Source: Flavitalea sp. (GTDB lineage Bacteria > Bacteroidota > Bacteroidia > Chitinophagales > Chitinophagaceae). Taken from it: 64,000 nt of DNA. How positions within the stretch are numbered: position 1 is the first letter of the stretch; each line of letters opens with the position of its first letter. The stretch is from NCBI GenBank assembly GCA_044224935.1, contig JBGAJL010000007.1, positions 4,161-68,160 of the forward strand, in the 5' to 3' direction. The position numbers and the translations under genes were made by a program. The notes beneath the pieces are model-generated. The model had not been told where the DNA came from. It saw only the letters and a program-made list of their open reading frames with translations, and did no database searches. Below are positions 27,996 to 37,632 of the stretch, one piece after another.

Positions 27996-30900
27996 TTATC
28001 GTTGCACAGTGAAATGATATGTGCCGGATCCGGTATTTAACCTGATCTTTCCGTCGGAAGCTGTTGTTTTTCCCTTTAATAATTCAGCCGGCAATTGCTT
28101 ATCCCCCTCCTTTATTTTATTTATTTCGGCTGTAGGGAATGTTATTTCCGCCGATGCATTCGGAGGAATAGTGATTGTCCAGTCCAACCTCTGATCCGAT
28201 TTGTGCCATTCGCTTTTCACTTCACCGTATTTTGTTTCGAGTGATGCCCTGACAAAATTCAACCCATCAGGAAAAACCGGGTGCATGATTATCTTTTTGA
28301 ATGCCGTTTGCTTTGCATCTGTTTTTATTCCTGCCAGGTATTCATAATACCAGATCAGCAAATCGCCCAGGAGCATTTGGTGATTTCCTGAATTCATCAC
28401 AGGGTTGGCCGCATCTCCATTCCATAATTCCCAGATAGTGGTGGCGCCTTTTTTAACCATGTATCCCCAACTGGGATAAGTGGTATTGGTTGCCAGTTTG
28501 TAAGCCAGGTCGGTAGCCCCGTTATCACTGAGCCCACGCATCAGCCACATCCCGCCGATTATCCCGGAATTAACATGATCATCAAATTCTTTCAGTTTTG
28601 CGCGTATATTCTGAAACACCGCCTCCCTGTCCTGCCCGGGCACCATATTGAAGCTAAGGGGCAGCAGGTTGGCAGTTATCGTATTATTTGAATAAGATTT
28701 AGATTCCGAATGATAGAATTTTTTGTTGAAGGCCACTCTGATCTTTTGCGCTATCGCTTCAAAACCAGCAATGTCTGCCCGCTCGCCAACCAACGAAGCG
28801 TAATCTTTCATCAGGCCCAGGCAATAATAGAAATAAGCAGACGCCAGCAATCCGCCATCTGTGATCCTCGCAGGATCTTTAGACCATATAAGATCCAGGG
28901 ATTCAGGAGGCACGCACCAGTCACCATAAATATCTTTCAATATCAGATCATCTTCCCTGTATGTATTCCACATATACATGATCCATTTGCGCATGGCGGG
29001 ATAATGTTTACGGATACCGGACGAATCTCCGAACTGACGCCGCAGCATTTCAGGTATGAGTATAAATGCACTCGGATAAGTGACATTATCGGCATAACAA
29101 TCCCAATACGTAGGTGCAATATTCGGCAGGCTGCCGTTGGATTTTTGCGAATCGTCTATATCATCCAGCCATTTTGCATATAATCGGGAGTTATCGAAAA
29201 TAAAGCTTTCTCCATAAGAGCTCATCACTCTGTCTCCCAGCCAGCCTACTCTTTCATCGCGCTGCGGGCAATCTGTCGGCATCCCGCGATAATTACCACG
29301 GATGGTCCAGTAGGCATTTTTAAATATCGCATTTATCGTTTCGTTGGATGTCTTGAATTTCCCGATTGTCTGCACGTCATCGTAGAGCACCTTTCCTTCA
29401 AAATCGTTGGGAGCAGGAGCTTCATGCAATCCCCATATTTCAACATACCGGAACCCGTGATAGGTGAACCGCGGCTCCCATCTCTCTTTTCCTTCACCTT
29501 TTAATATATATTTATCCGTTACCTGTGCATTCCGCATATTAGCGGTATAAATAGCATCTTCACCTTTCATGGTCTCAGCAAACTGCATACGCACTGTGTC
29601 GCCCCTTTTTCCATTCACGGCAATGGCAAGCCATCCTACCATATTCTGCCCCATATCCAGGATATAGGAACCGCGCGAAGTATGTTTAACAGCGACCGGA
29701 TGAAGAATTTCCTTCACAACAATATTCTCATTGGGCTGTGCCGTTATTAATTCCTTGCCTGCCGGCATAAGCGCTGCATTTTTCCAGTCGCCGTCATGAT
29801 AGCCTGCTTTGTTCCAGCCGGTTAATTCTTTATTTGCATCATATTCCTCACCGTCGTATTCATTATCAGCCAGTATGGGGCCGTTATCTGTTACTTTCCA
29901 GCTCTGGTCCGTTACAATAAAAGACGACGAGCCGTCTGCATACCGGATCCGGATCTGCATCAGCAATTGTGGCAATCCATATGTTTTTTGCGGAATGCCG
30001 GTAAGCGGATCCGGCTTGCCGTGATAATTCCTCATGCCGAAGAAACGGCCGTTCCCTAATATAACACCTACACAGTTAATCCCCTGCTTGAGGCAGTTGC
30101 TGATATCATAAGTGTTATAAAAGACCCGTTTGTCATATTCCGTGGGACCGGGCGCTAACACATCCAGGGCCACCTTTTTTCCATTGATATATAACTCATA
30201 TAATCCCAATCCGCTGATATATGCAGTTGCATCGACCACTTTCTTTGCAGCGGAAAATTCTTTTCGCAGGAACCTGGCGGATAATCTTGTCATTACACTG
30301 TCTGGCTGGTCTGACTTGTTAAATCCGTTTAAACCGATCCATTTTGCCTGCCAGTCGGAAGGTTTCAACAATCCCATTGTCCATAGCTGCGGATCGCTGA
30401 TCGCCACATTGCCGTTATTGTCCCACACTTTCACGCGCCAATAGCAGCGCTGATAAGAGCTGAGTGGCTTTCCACCATACGGTACATTCACTGATTCATC
30501 AGAAAAGATTTTATTGCTTTTCCACAGATCAGCTTCATTATTCAGCAATTTTTCCCTGCTTGATGCAACCCATAGCTCATACGCTGCCTGTTTAATGCTC
30601 CTGCCGGTGGATTGCAACTTCCAGCTCAGCCGGGGTTTCAGGATATCGGTTCCCAATAACAATTCGCGGCCTTCCACCGTTAAATGCGCCACCTCCAGCT
30701 TTTTCACTGGCGCGATCCTGTATAAATAGCTCAGCCTGCCCATTGGAAGCGCGCTTCCCGATACATAATATTCCATAATATCGGAAGGTTTACCGATGCC
30801 ATCCGCAACTTTAAAATAGATCTGTGCAACACGCTGGGCCTGCAGGCACTTGCGGGGAATTTTTATCTGGACAGTGTTTCCATGCACGGCCATTTCGGCT

Positions 30901-32447
30901 TTACCTGTATTTTGCCTGTTATAATTTGAGTCCAGCTTATAAACATTTCCGGCTTCTATTAAATATTCATACCCGTTCCATCCTTTCACAGAAGGCTCAT
31001 CCTTTCCGATGAGCAATTGAAGGTGGTTTGCCCCTGAAGCAAATGGATTCATCGCGCTAACAAAAAAATAGAATGATGAGTTATCGTGGGCAACTTTTAT
31101 TTCTTTTAAAATGTTTTCGGGCGCCGCGAGCGTATATCGTATTTTTTTGGACACGCCGAAATTATCCCTGCCTTTTTCTATTATATTTAAGTTTTCATAT
31201 TTTGCTTTGACATCATTCCATTGCGCAACCGGTCCGTGAATATTCATTGGAGTTGAAACGCTTTCATTTTCTCCGTCAGCCAGCCCTTTGAATTTCCTTA
31301 TATTTTTGATCAGTTGGATGTAAAACGCATCTTCATAGCCTCCTCTCATCGGTTCAATATCCCTTGAATATTCCCTGCTCGCTGCGTCACAGAGCATGTA
31401 TTCATCGCCATACGGTTGTTTATAAGCAATCCATTCGTTCCATCCTCCCACGAAAACGGTGTCGGGATCCATCTTCAAAGCATTATCCCACTGCAATTGA
31501 AAGAATGTGCCGCGGTCGATGTTTTCTTTTTTATTCTGCCTCGTTTCAGGATCCCATCCCCGCCCCCAGTTTATCCATCCCGAAGTGATCGAGCGCGACA
31601 TCGGCACTTTGGGATGGCTGGCCACGGTAACGTTCATTATGCCGCCATGCAAAGGCTGCGGGTAGCGCCATTCGATCCAGGGAAAGCCGTTCTCATATAC
31701 AGGGTCGAAAGGCCATTGCGGTTTTTTGAAATAGAAAAAGTTTTTAAGCTCCCCGGAATAAGGAACCGGCTTATATGCCGTATCGTTCCTGCTTAACGCT
31801 TCAGCAATATCATCTCCCGTGTCTGTGTATGCAATGATCATTGGCTTGCCCCCAACCTTGTACCATGCAGAAGAAAAAAGCCCCGGTTTATATAATTCTT
31901 CATACAACTCATGAGTGGTTGCAAACGATCTTGAATGCGTATAAAAAACAACTTTGGGAGGATTGGCACCCTGCTTCATCATCTCTTCTATCACCTTAAA
32001 CACACGCTCGTACACAGCCCGGTAAGTGACGCGGTTCGTAAGATCGAAGACAATGAAATCTATACCGGCCGTGGTAAGCATTTTCATCTGGCGGCGGATC
32101 ACCCATTCATCTTCGGAATTATAATAGCCCCATAAAGGTTCTCCCCAGAAATGCGCCTGGCCACTGGGGCTTACACTGTCGTTAAGATATTTAAAATCGT
32201 ACAGCAGCTTAAGCCCGTTGGGCATTGCGGCTATTTTTGTTGCGTCATACACTCCGCTCGCATAAGGCTGCCCTATCCAGGGCCAGTAAAAAATCCCCAC
32301 CTGCTTTACGTTGTTATAACCGCCAATGCTGGGAAAAGTTCTCCCGAAATGGTCTACCCCCACCACTTTATAATCGCTGTTATTGACCTGCGCTGAAATC
32401 GTCAGCGAAATAAAAAACATATACAGTAATACGGATAACGGTTTCAT
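27996..32447 (-). CDS. Fusion protein: unclassified glycosidase-like module (aa 1 to ~580) + GH78 alpha-L-rhamnosidase (aa ~581 to 1483)
   Basis: One uninterrupted 1483-aa ORF with a signal peptide. The N-terminal half is collinear with the ORF at 16567-18348. The C-terminal half has GH78 hallmarks (KPRLSWKL, YWRVKVWD, PTDCPQRDERVGWLGD, TTIWELWNG). Confidence 0.88.
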   Translation of the reverse strand: MKPLSVLLYMFFISLTISAQVNNSDYKVVGVDHFGRTFPSIGGYNNVKQVGIFYWPWIGQPYASGVYDATKIAAMPNGLKLLYDFKYLNDSVSPSGQAHFWGEPLWGYYNSEDEWVIRRQMKMLTTAGIDFIVFDLTNRVTYRAVYERVFKVIEEMMKQGANPPKVVFYTHSRSFATTHELYEELYKPGLFSSAWYKVGGKPMIIAYTDTGDDIAEALSRNDTAYKPVPYSGELKNFFYFKKPQWPFDPVYENGFPWIEWRYPQPLHGGIMNVTVASHPKVPMSRSITSGWINWGRGWDPETRQNKKENIDRGTFFQLQWDNALKMDPDTVFVGGWNEWIAYKQPYGDEYMLCDAASREYSRDIEPMRGGYEDAFYIQLIKNIRKFKGLADGENESVSTPMNIHGPVAQWNDVKAKYENLNIIEKGRDNFGVSKKIRYTLAAPENILKEIKVAHDNSSFYFFVSAMNPFASGANHLQLLIGKDEPSVKGWNGYEYLIEAGNVYKLDSNYNRQNTGKAEMAVHGNTVQIKIPRKCLQAQRVAQIYFKVADGIGKPSDIMEYYVSGSALPMGRLSYLYRIAPVKKLEVAHLTVEGRELLLGTDILKPRLSWKLQSTGRSIKQAAYELWVASSREKLLNNEADLWKSNKIFSDESVNVPYGGKPLSSYQRCYWRVKVWDNNGNVAISDPQLWTMGLLKPSDWQAKWIGLNGFNKSDQPDSVMTRLSARFLRKEFSAAKKVVDATAYISGLGLYELYINGKKVALDVLAPGPTEYDKRVFYNTYDISNCLKQGINCVGVILGNGRFFGMRNYHGKPDPLTGIPQKTYGLPQLLMQIRIRYADGSSSFIVTDQSWKVTDNGPILADNEYDGEEYDANKELTGWNKAGYHDGDWKNAALMPAGKELITAQPNENIVVKEILHPVAVKHTSRGSYILDMGQNMVGWLAIAVNGKRGDTVRMQFAETMKGEDAIYTANMRNAQVTDKYILKGEGKERWEPRFTYHGFRYVEIWGLHEAPAPNDFEGKVLYDDVQTIGKFKTSNETINAIFKNAYWTIRGNYRGMPTDCPQRDERVGWLGDRVMSSYGESFIFDNSRLYAKWLDDIDDSQKSNGSLPNIAPTYWDCYADNVTYPSAFILIPEMLRRQFGDSSGIRKHYPAMRKWIMYMWNTYREDDLILKDIYGDWCVPPESLDLIWSKDPARITDGGLLASAYFYYCLGLMKDYASLVGERADIAGFEAIAQKIRVAFNKKFYHSESKSYSNNTITANLLPLSFNMVPGQDREAVFQNIRAKLKEFDDHVNSGIIGGMWLMRGLSDNGATDLAYKLATNTTYPSWGYMVKKGATTIWELWNGDAANPVMNSGNHQMLLGDLLIWYYEYLAGIKTDAKQTAFKKIIMHPVFPDGLNFVRASLETKYGEVKSEWHKSDQRLDWTITIPPNASAEITFPTAEINKIKEGDKQLPAELLKGKTTASDGKIRLNTGSGTYHFTVQR

Positions 32448-32450
32448 ATG

Positions 32451-35132
32451 CTACCATTTTGAAATAAACCGGTAATTACCTGACCCTATTTCATAGACAG
32501 CCGCGCGATCTTCGCGGCGAAGGAATTTAAACTCTTTGTTCCCGCTGATGGATCTGCTATTTTCCCTGACCGACGACGGGTCACTCGTGGGAATATACAC
32601 AGTGGCAACAGAATTGGCAGGGACGCTTACAGAATATTCAATTTTGCCATTGATCTTTTTCCATGAAGATTTAATTTCCCCTTTCACTGATTTATACGAT
32701 CCTTCGGCAAACTGTAATTGATCGAATATATAAGGATGTAAAATAAACCTGTCGAAGCCGGGATAATTAACATCCGGCAATATTCCCAAAACATATTTAT
32801 ACATCCATGATCCGACAGACCCCATCATTGGATGATTGTGTGAATTCATCGATCCGCCGGTTGCATATTCCCAGCGCTCCCATAAAGTGGTGGCACCCTC
32901 CGAAAGCATATATCCCCAGCTGGGATAGGTTTCCTGGGTGGCGATCTTATAGGCAGTTTCTGCTTCTCCGTTTTCGGTGAGCATTTCAAGCAAATATTTC
33001 GTGCAGAGGTTTCCGGTGGTCAGGTGATATTTATATTCCTGCACTTTCTTCACGAGATTGGCAACTACCCGCGCTTTTTTTGTGCTGTCCGGTGCACCGA
33101 TGAACAAAGCAAATGAATTGCAGGATTGGTTATTGCTGCCATAACCCCCCTTTTCTTCATCCCAGAATTTTTCATTGAAGGCTTTCAGCGTATTTTCAGC
33201 CAACTGCTCATATTTATTTTTATCGTTGAGATTTCCGATAATATCAGCCATCCGGGAAAGCACTTTGGCCGTGTAATAAAGATATCCTGTCGACATCAGC
33301 TCACCGGGTGTTTCGGTGGAAAGAGCCCCATATCCTGAACCCTTCTTTCCAAATTCAGCGGGCGGAGACCAGTCTCCATAATAACTGTAATCAACAATAC
33401 CGTTCTTTGTTCTGCCTGCCACATAATCCACCCAGGCTTTCATATTCGAATAATTTCTCTGCACGATATTCCTGTTTCCATAATATTCATAGCTCTTAAA
33501 AGCCAGTAATAAGAAACTGGCGGAAACAGGATCAGCAGGCTCTGCTCCATATCTGAAAGGAGCGGTGTCGGCTATCTCACCGTCTTTATCCTGCGTGTCG
33601 CATATATCCCTGATGAACTTTTCATAAAAGCGATTCAGATTAAAATTGTAGAGTGCCTGTTCGATGCGAACCGTAAGATCATTGAGCCATCCCATACGCT
33701 CATCGCGCTGGGGGCAATCTGTGGGAACGCTGTGCAAATTACTGGCCTCTGTGCGTTGCACCATCCGGTTGATACGGTTGAGCAGATCATTGCTGCAATG
33801 AAAGCTGCCGGACGATTCCACATCCGAGCGGACCCTTTTTAAAGTGAACTGCTCAATGGCCGGCTTACCGGGCCATCCTTCAATCTGCACATACCTGAAA
33901 CCATGATAAGTGAATCGCGGTTCCCATTTTTCTTCACCGCCACCTTTGAGAATATAGGTATCTGTTGCCATAGCCGTGCGAAGATTTTCCTGGTTCACCG
34001 TTCCATTTTCATAAATCGTTTCCGCAAAGCGCATGGTAATCTTCGTTCCCCGCTCCCCGTTCACCTGCAGCGCCAGCCAGCCCGCCATATTCTGTCCGGC
34101 ATCCAATACAAAAATGCCTGGCTTCACTTCTTTTATGCCCGCAGGCGCAAAGCTGTCCACCACTCTGATAGGCTCCAGTACCTGTGCGGTCATCGCACCT
34201 CCGGGAGCTTCCACTATATTGGCAACGCCCCAGTCTTTGCTGGGTATTGTTTTGATAATTGAGTCAGATGGAATTCTCCATTCCGGTTTCTCAAGCCTTG
34301 CGTCATACATTTCTCCATCCAGTATCCCCGCAGACACCACAGGCCCGAGCGTAACATTCCTGACAGACGAGGAATTGATCACGTCAACCGTTCCATCATC
34401 GAAATAAAATTCCATCTGCATGCGCAGCTTCGGCATTCCATACCATCCCGGCGCAACAGCAATTATCATTACATTTTCCTTTTTCAGGAAGCTGCCAATA
34501 TCATAAGTGGTATAGTAAACCGTTTTACTGAAATCACTGGTTGCAGGGTCGAGAACGTTCAGGCCCACTTTTTTTCCATTAATCTCCATTTCGTTATACC
34601 CTATTCCCGATACATAGGCTCTTGCTTTAATCACATGCTTATTTAAAGAAAATACACGCCGGAAATAATGCACTTTACCAATCCATCCTGATGGAAATCC
34701 CACCCAACTGCCGGTCCAGTCCGACTGGTTAAGGAGGCCCATCTCGAAATCGGCGATTCCACTTTCTTCCATTTTGCTTCCGCCCGACCACACTGTCACT
34801 TTCCAGTAATATTTTTTTCTCGACTCGAGAGGAAGGCCTTTATAAATAATTCCTGAAGATTGCGGGGAAGATATTTTCCCGCTGTTCCAGATATTCCCTT
34901 CCCCTCCTTTTAATTTAACTGAATCGTCGGCAACCAGAACCTGGTAGGCCAATTGCCTGTAGTTTCTGAACGCGGATCTTATTTTCCAACTGAATTGCGG
35001 GGTGGGATTATCAATGCCCAGCGGGTTTCTTGCATCCTCACAACGGGGGTCTTCCACACCTGCCGAGACATAAGCGGGAAGCAATAATAACAGGAACATC
35101 CATGAGTACAGGGAGAGAAAGCGGTTTGTCAT
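32451..35132 (-). CDS. GH78 alpha-L-rhamnosidase
   Basis: 893 aa, with a signal peptide. NPLGIDNPTPQFSWKI, YYWKVTVWS, PTDCPQRDERMGWLNDL, TTLWERWE. Confidence 0.92.
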   Translation of the reverse strand: MTNRFLSLYSWMFLLLLLPAYVSAGVEDPRCEDARNPLGIDNPTPQFSWKIRSAFRNYRQLAYQVLVADDSVKLKGGEGNIWNSGKISSPQSSGIIYKGLPLESRKKYYWKVTVWSGGSKMEESGIADFEMGLLNQSDWTGSWVGFPSGWIGKVHYFRRVFSLNKHVIKARAYVSGIGYNEMEINGKKVGLNVLDPATSDFSKTVYYTTYDIGSFLKKENVMIIAVAPGWYGMPKLRMQMEFYFDDGTVDVINSSSVRNVTLGPVVSAGILDGEMYDARLEKPEWRIPSDSIIKTIPSKDWGVANIVEAPGGAMTAQVLEPIRVVDSFAPAGIKEVKPGIFVLDAGQNMAGWLALQVNGERGTKITMRFAETIYENGTVNQENLRTAMATDTYILKGGGEEKWEPRFTYHGFRYVQIEGWPGKPAIEQFTLKRVRSDVESSGSFHCSNDLLNRINRMVQRTEASNLHSVPTDCPQRDERMGWLNDLTVRIEQALYNFNLNRFYEKFIRDICDTQDKDGEIADTAPFRYGAEPADPVSASFLLLAFKSYEYYGNRNIVQRNYSNMKAWVDYVAGRTKNGIVDYSYYGDWSPPAEFGKKGSGYGALSTETPGELMSTGYLYYTAKVLSRMADIIGNLNDKNKYEQLAENTLKAFNEKFWDEEKGGYGSNNQSCNSFALFIGAPDSTKKARVVANLVKKVQEYKYHLTTGNLCTKYLLEMLTENGEAETAYKIATQETYPSWGYMLSEGATTLWERWEYATGGSMNSHNHPMMGSVGSWMYKYVLGILPDVNYPGFDRFILHPYIFDQLQFAEGSYKSVKGEIKSSWKKINGKIEYSVSVPANSVATVYIPTSDPSSVRENSRSISGNKEFKFLRREDRAAVYEIGSGNYRFISKW

Positions 35133-35144
35133 ATTCTTCTGTAT

Positions 35145-36116
35145 TTAAGCGATCAGTTTGCGTAAAAACCTGGAAGTCTTTATAGCATCATTCTCTTTTA
35201 TCAATGCTTCTATCTCTGCATAATGATGATCCGCTATCTGCTCGTATTTCTTCACCCATAAAATACTTTCAGATATTGCATCGGCGGCATCTTCGCGATA
35301 AGGATACTGATCCATCGATATCCATCCGTCGTATCCTGTTTTTCTCAGCCAGAACATCAATTCAACATAACAGGTGAAATGCACATTGCTTACGATCATA
35401 TCATCATCCCAGTTGCCATGATTATCGTTAAAATGCATATGAAATAACAGGTTTCCCGCACGCTTCGCAAGCACCACCGCCTCAGCAACATTTTCCCCGG
35501 CAAAAAAACTGTGACCCGTGTCGATAGTGACTCCGACATTGCTGCAGCCCGTCTCCTTTGCCGCGAGTATGGTATCGGCCATTCTCGCATGATAGGAGAA
35601 ATTGCGGGGCTCTTTCGGTTTGTATTCAAGCGCAAAGCGCAGGGAGGGGAATTCTTTTGCCAGAGCGGTTGTATTTTCTTTCAGCCATTCTCTTTCATTA
35701 TCATAATCCGTTGCCAGCAGATAATCGTAGCCATCCTGTCCGAGCCACAGATTAACGATGCCGCAATTCATGGCAAGCGCCACTTCGCTCATCTGGCGCA
35801 AATAATTCAGCGCTTCGGTTCTTACTTTTTTATCAGTGCTGGTTATGCTTCCCTTTGCATATAATGCGCTGGTGAATGTGTCGGGTATGATGCTTGCACA
35901 GGCCACTCCCGCATCATCGAGCCTTTTTCTCATATCGCCCACATTATCGGGCCTGATATCCCATGTGCCCACGAGCTCGATGCCCTGTATGGCGGGCATC
36001 CTTTCGAGTGCTATTTTCAGCATCTCTTCTGTGCCGGGATTGTTTTTATAGCTTTTGCAGAAACGATCGCATGTGTTTCCCAGGTTACCCAGGATAATTG
36101 AATACTTGTAATTCAT
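35145..36116 (-). CDS. Xylose-isomerase-like TIM-barrel aldose-ketose isomerase (candidate L-rhamnose isomerase by context)
   Basis: 323 aa. LEYKPKEPRN (compare the xylose isomerase IEPKPNEP block) and VGVTIDTGHSFFAGEN...LFHMHFNDNHGNWDDDM (compare the xylose isomerase metal-site blocks EVGHEQMAG...LFHIDLNGQ...DQDL). Confidence 0.65.
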   Translation of the reverse strand: MNYKYSIILGNLGNTCDRFCKSYKNNPGTEEMLKIALERMPAIQGIELVGTWDIRPDNVGDMRKRLDDAGVACASIIPDTFTSALYAKGSITSTDKKVRTEALNYLRQMSEVALAMNCGIVNLWLGQDGYDYLLATDYDNEREWLKENTTALAKEFPSLRFALEYKPKEPRNFSYHARMADTILAAKETGCSNVGVTIDTGHSFFAGENVAEAVVLAKRAGNLLFHMHFNDNHGNWDDDMIVSNVHFTCYVELMFWLRKTGYDGWISMDQYPYREDAADAISESILWVKKYEQIADHHYAEIEALIKENDAIKTSRFLRKLIA

Positions 36117-36163
36117 GGCAGCAATTTATTTTTATATCGGATCAATACAATTGGTATTCCGGG

Positions 36164-37486
36164 CTAGATCTTCCATTCATAATTCTTCCATCGTCCCATC
36201 ACTTTGCCCAGCTCGTTTACCTGGTCTTCACTGATAGGGATCATTGTGCCCAGGGAGGTGGACAGCACCAGCGATTTCGCACTGAATTCAGCCACTTCCA
36301 GGTAATCGAATGCCTGCAATAGTTTAGAGCCCGCTACCATAACGCATTCATTCTTTACCAACACCACCGGAGTCTGGGTCGATATCATCGATGATATGGT
36401 TGCCCTGCCGGGAAACTGATCGCCGAACGAAGCCATTTGCACATCCTGCAGGTATATCCATGTTTCAGGGATCGTGCGCACGTTGAATTCAGAGCCCGTG
36501 ATTGCGAATGAAGTGAGATAAACAGGCTGTGTGATGATAATGGCATTCACATCGGGATGCCTTTCATATATTTCCTGATGCAGGTAACTGGACAGGGCAG
36601 GTTGTTTTCCTTTTTCCCTTCGGCCGTCTTTGATCTGCACAATATCATTCAGTTCCAGGTCCCATTTGGAAACATCCTCCGGTGTGATCAGGAAATCATT
36701 TCCCTGCCAGCGCGTGGATACAGATCCGAATGAGCCGAGCATCAGTCCCTGCTGGCATGCACGGTTTACGATTTTGCAGATCTCGAAACGCTTTTCCCTT
36801 TCCAGCGAGGGATAAGAAGTCTCCTTCATTTCCGGTAAGGGCTCCTGTAATTCCGCGGCATACGTGCTGATGTCTTCATCAGACAGATAAAAAGGTTTGC
36901 CGATCATATTTCCGTATAAAACAGATCTCGAGGTGATTTCGATCGCCTCGAACTTATGATAAGCATCGGCCATATTTTTACCGCCTATAACGGTGCCATG
37001 ATTTTCCATGATCACCACGGAAACACCTTTCTTAAATTCTCTCGCAATGCTTTTCCCGAGGTCTTCGGTGCCAGGCAGAGCATAAGAGGCGTAACCAATT
37101 TTACCACAGAGAAATTTAGCCTGCGGCAGCACATTCGTGTTTGGTGTTTTTCTCACGATGCTGAATGCCACCATTCCGGGCGGATGGGCATGCACTATGG
37201 CTTTTATATCCGGGCGCTCTTTATAGATCGCGAGGTGAAAAGGATATTCTGAAGAAGGCTTGTTATCGCCGATAATTGTTCCATCCGCTTTTACACAGAT
37301 AATATCGGACGGCTTCATCAGTCCTTTGTCCACACCTGTTGGCGTGATCCATATATCTCCGTTATCATCGATAATTGAAAGATTTCCGCCCGACGTCGTC
37401 GTCAGCACCCTGTCATAAATACGTTTCATAATCACAGTTATCTGGTCCCGCGGGTGCATCATCTTAATATCCAGCAAGCTATCCAT
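36164..37486 (-). CDS. Tandem class II aldolase/adducin-domain protein (intact N-terminal domain, catalytically degenerate C-terminal domain); candidate rhamnulose-1-phosphate aldolase
   Basis: 440 aa. The N-terminal half has PSSEYPFHLAIY, AIVHAHPPG and MENHGTVIGG. The C-terminal half repeats the fold pattern (FGSVSTRW...ITPEDV) but reads LSSYLHQEIY, AIIITQPVY and VKNECVMVAG at the same positions. Confidence 0.75.
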   Translation of the reverse strand: MDSLLDIKMMHPRDQITVIMKRIYDRVLTTTSGGNLSIIDDNGDIWITPTGVDKGLMKPSDIICVKADGTIIGDNKPSSEYPFHLAIYKERPDIKAIVHAHPPGMVAFSIVRKTPNTNVLPQAKFLCGKIGYASYALPGTEDLGKSIAREFKKGVSVVIMENHGTVIGGKNMADAYHKFEAIEITSRSVLYGNMIGKPFYLSDEDISTYAAELQEPLPEMKETSYPSLEREKRFEICKIVNRACQQGLMLGSFGSVSTRWQGNDFLITPEDVSKWDLELNDIVQIKDGRREKGKQPALSSYLHQEIYERHPDVNAIIITQPVYLTSFAITGSEFNVRTIPETWIYLQDVQMASFGDQFPGRATISSMISTQTPVVLVKNECVMVAGSKLLQAFDYLEVAEFSAKSLVLSTSLGTMIPISEDQVNELGKVMGRWKNYEWKI

Positions 37487-37518
37487 TTATTAGTTAGTTA
37501 GATTAAAATCCAGGTTGA

Positions 37519-37526
37519 CAAACTTA
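37519..37526 (-). promoter_or_regulatory. Candidate -7 box (TAAGTTTG on the minus strand) for the rhamnose/rhamnosidase operon
   Basis: The plus strand reads CAAACTTA at 37519-37526, which is TAnnTTTG on the minus strand, 33 nt upstream of the aldolase ATG (37486). No TTTG -33 element sits at consensus spacing. Confidence 0.3.
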
Positions 37527-37632
37527 AAAAGACAACCCCGCTTTTCTATCCTGTTTTGACCTGAAAAATTTATTAATCCAAAAAAATAACGGAAGTCCGG
37601 TTTAATTAATTTAATAATGCTAATTTTTAGCA

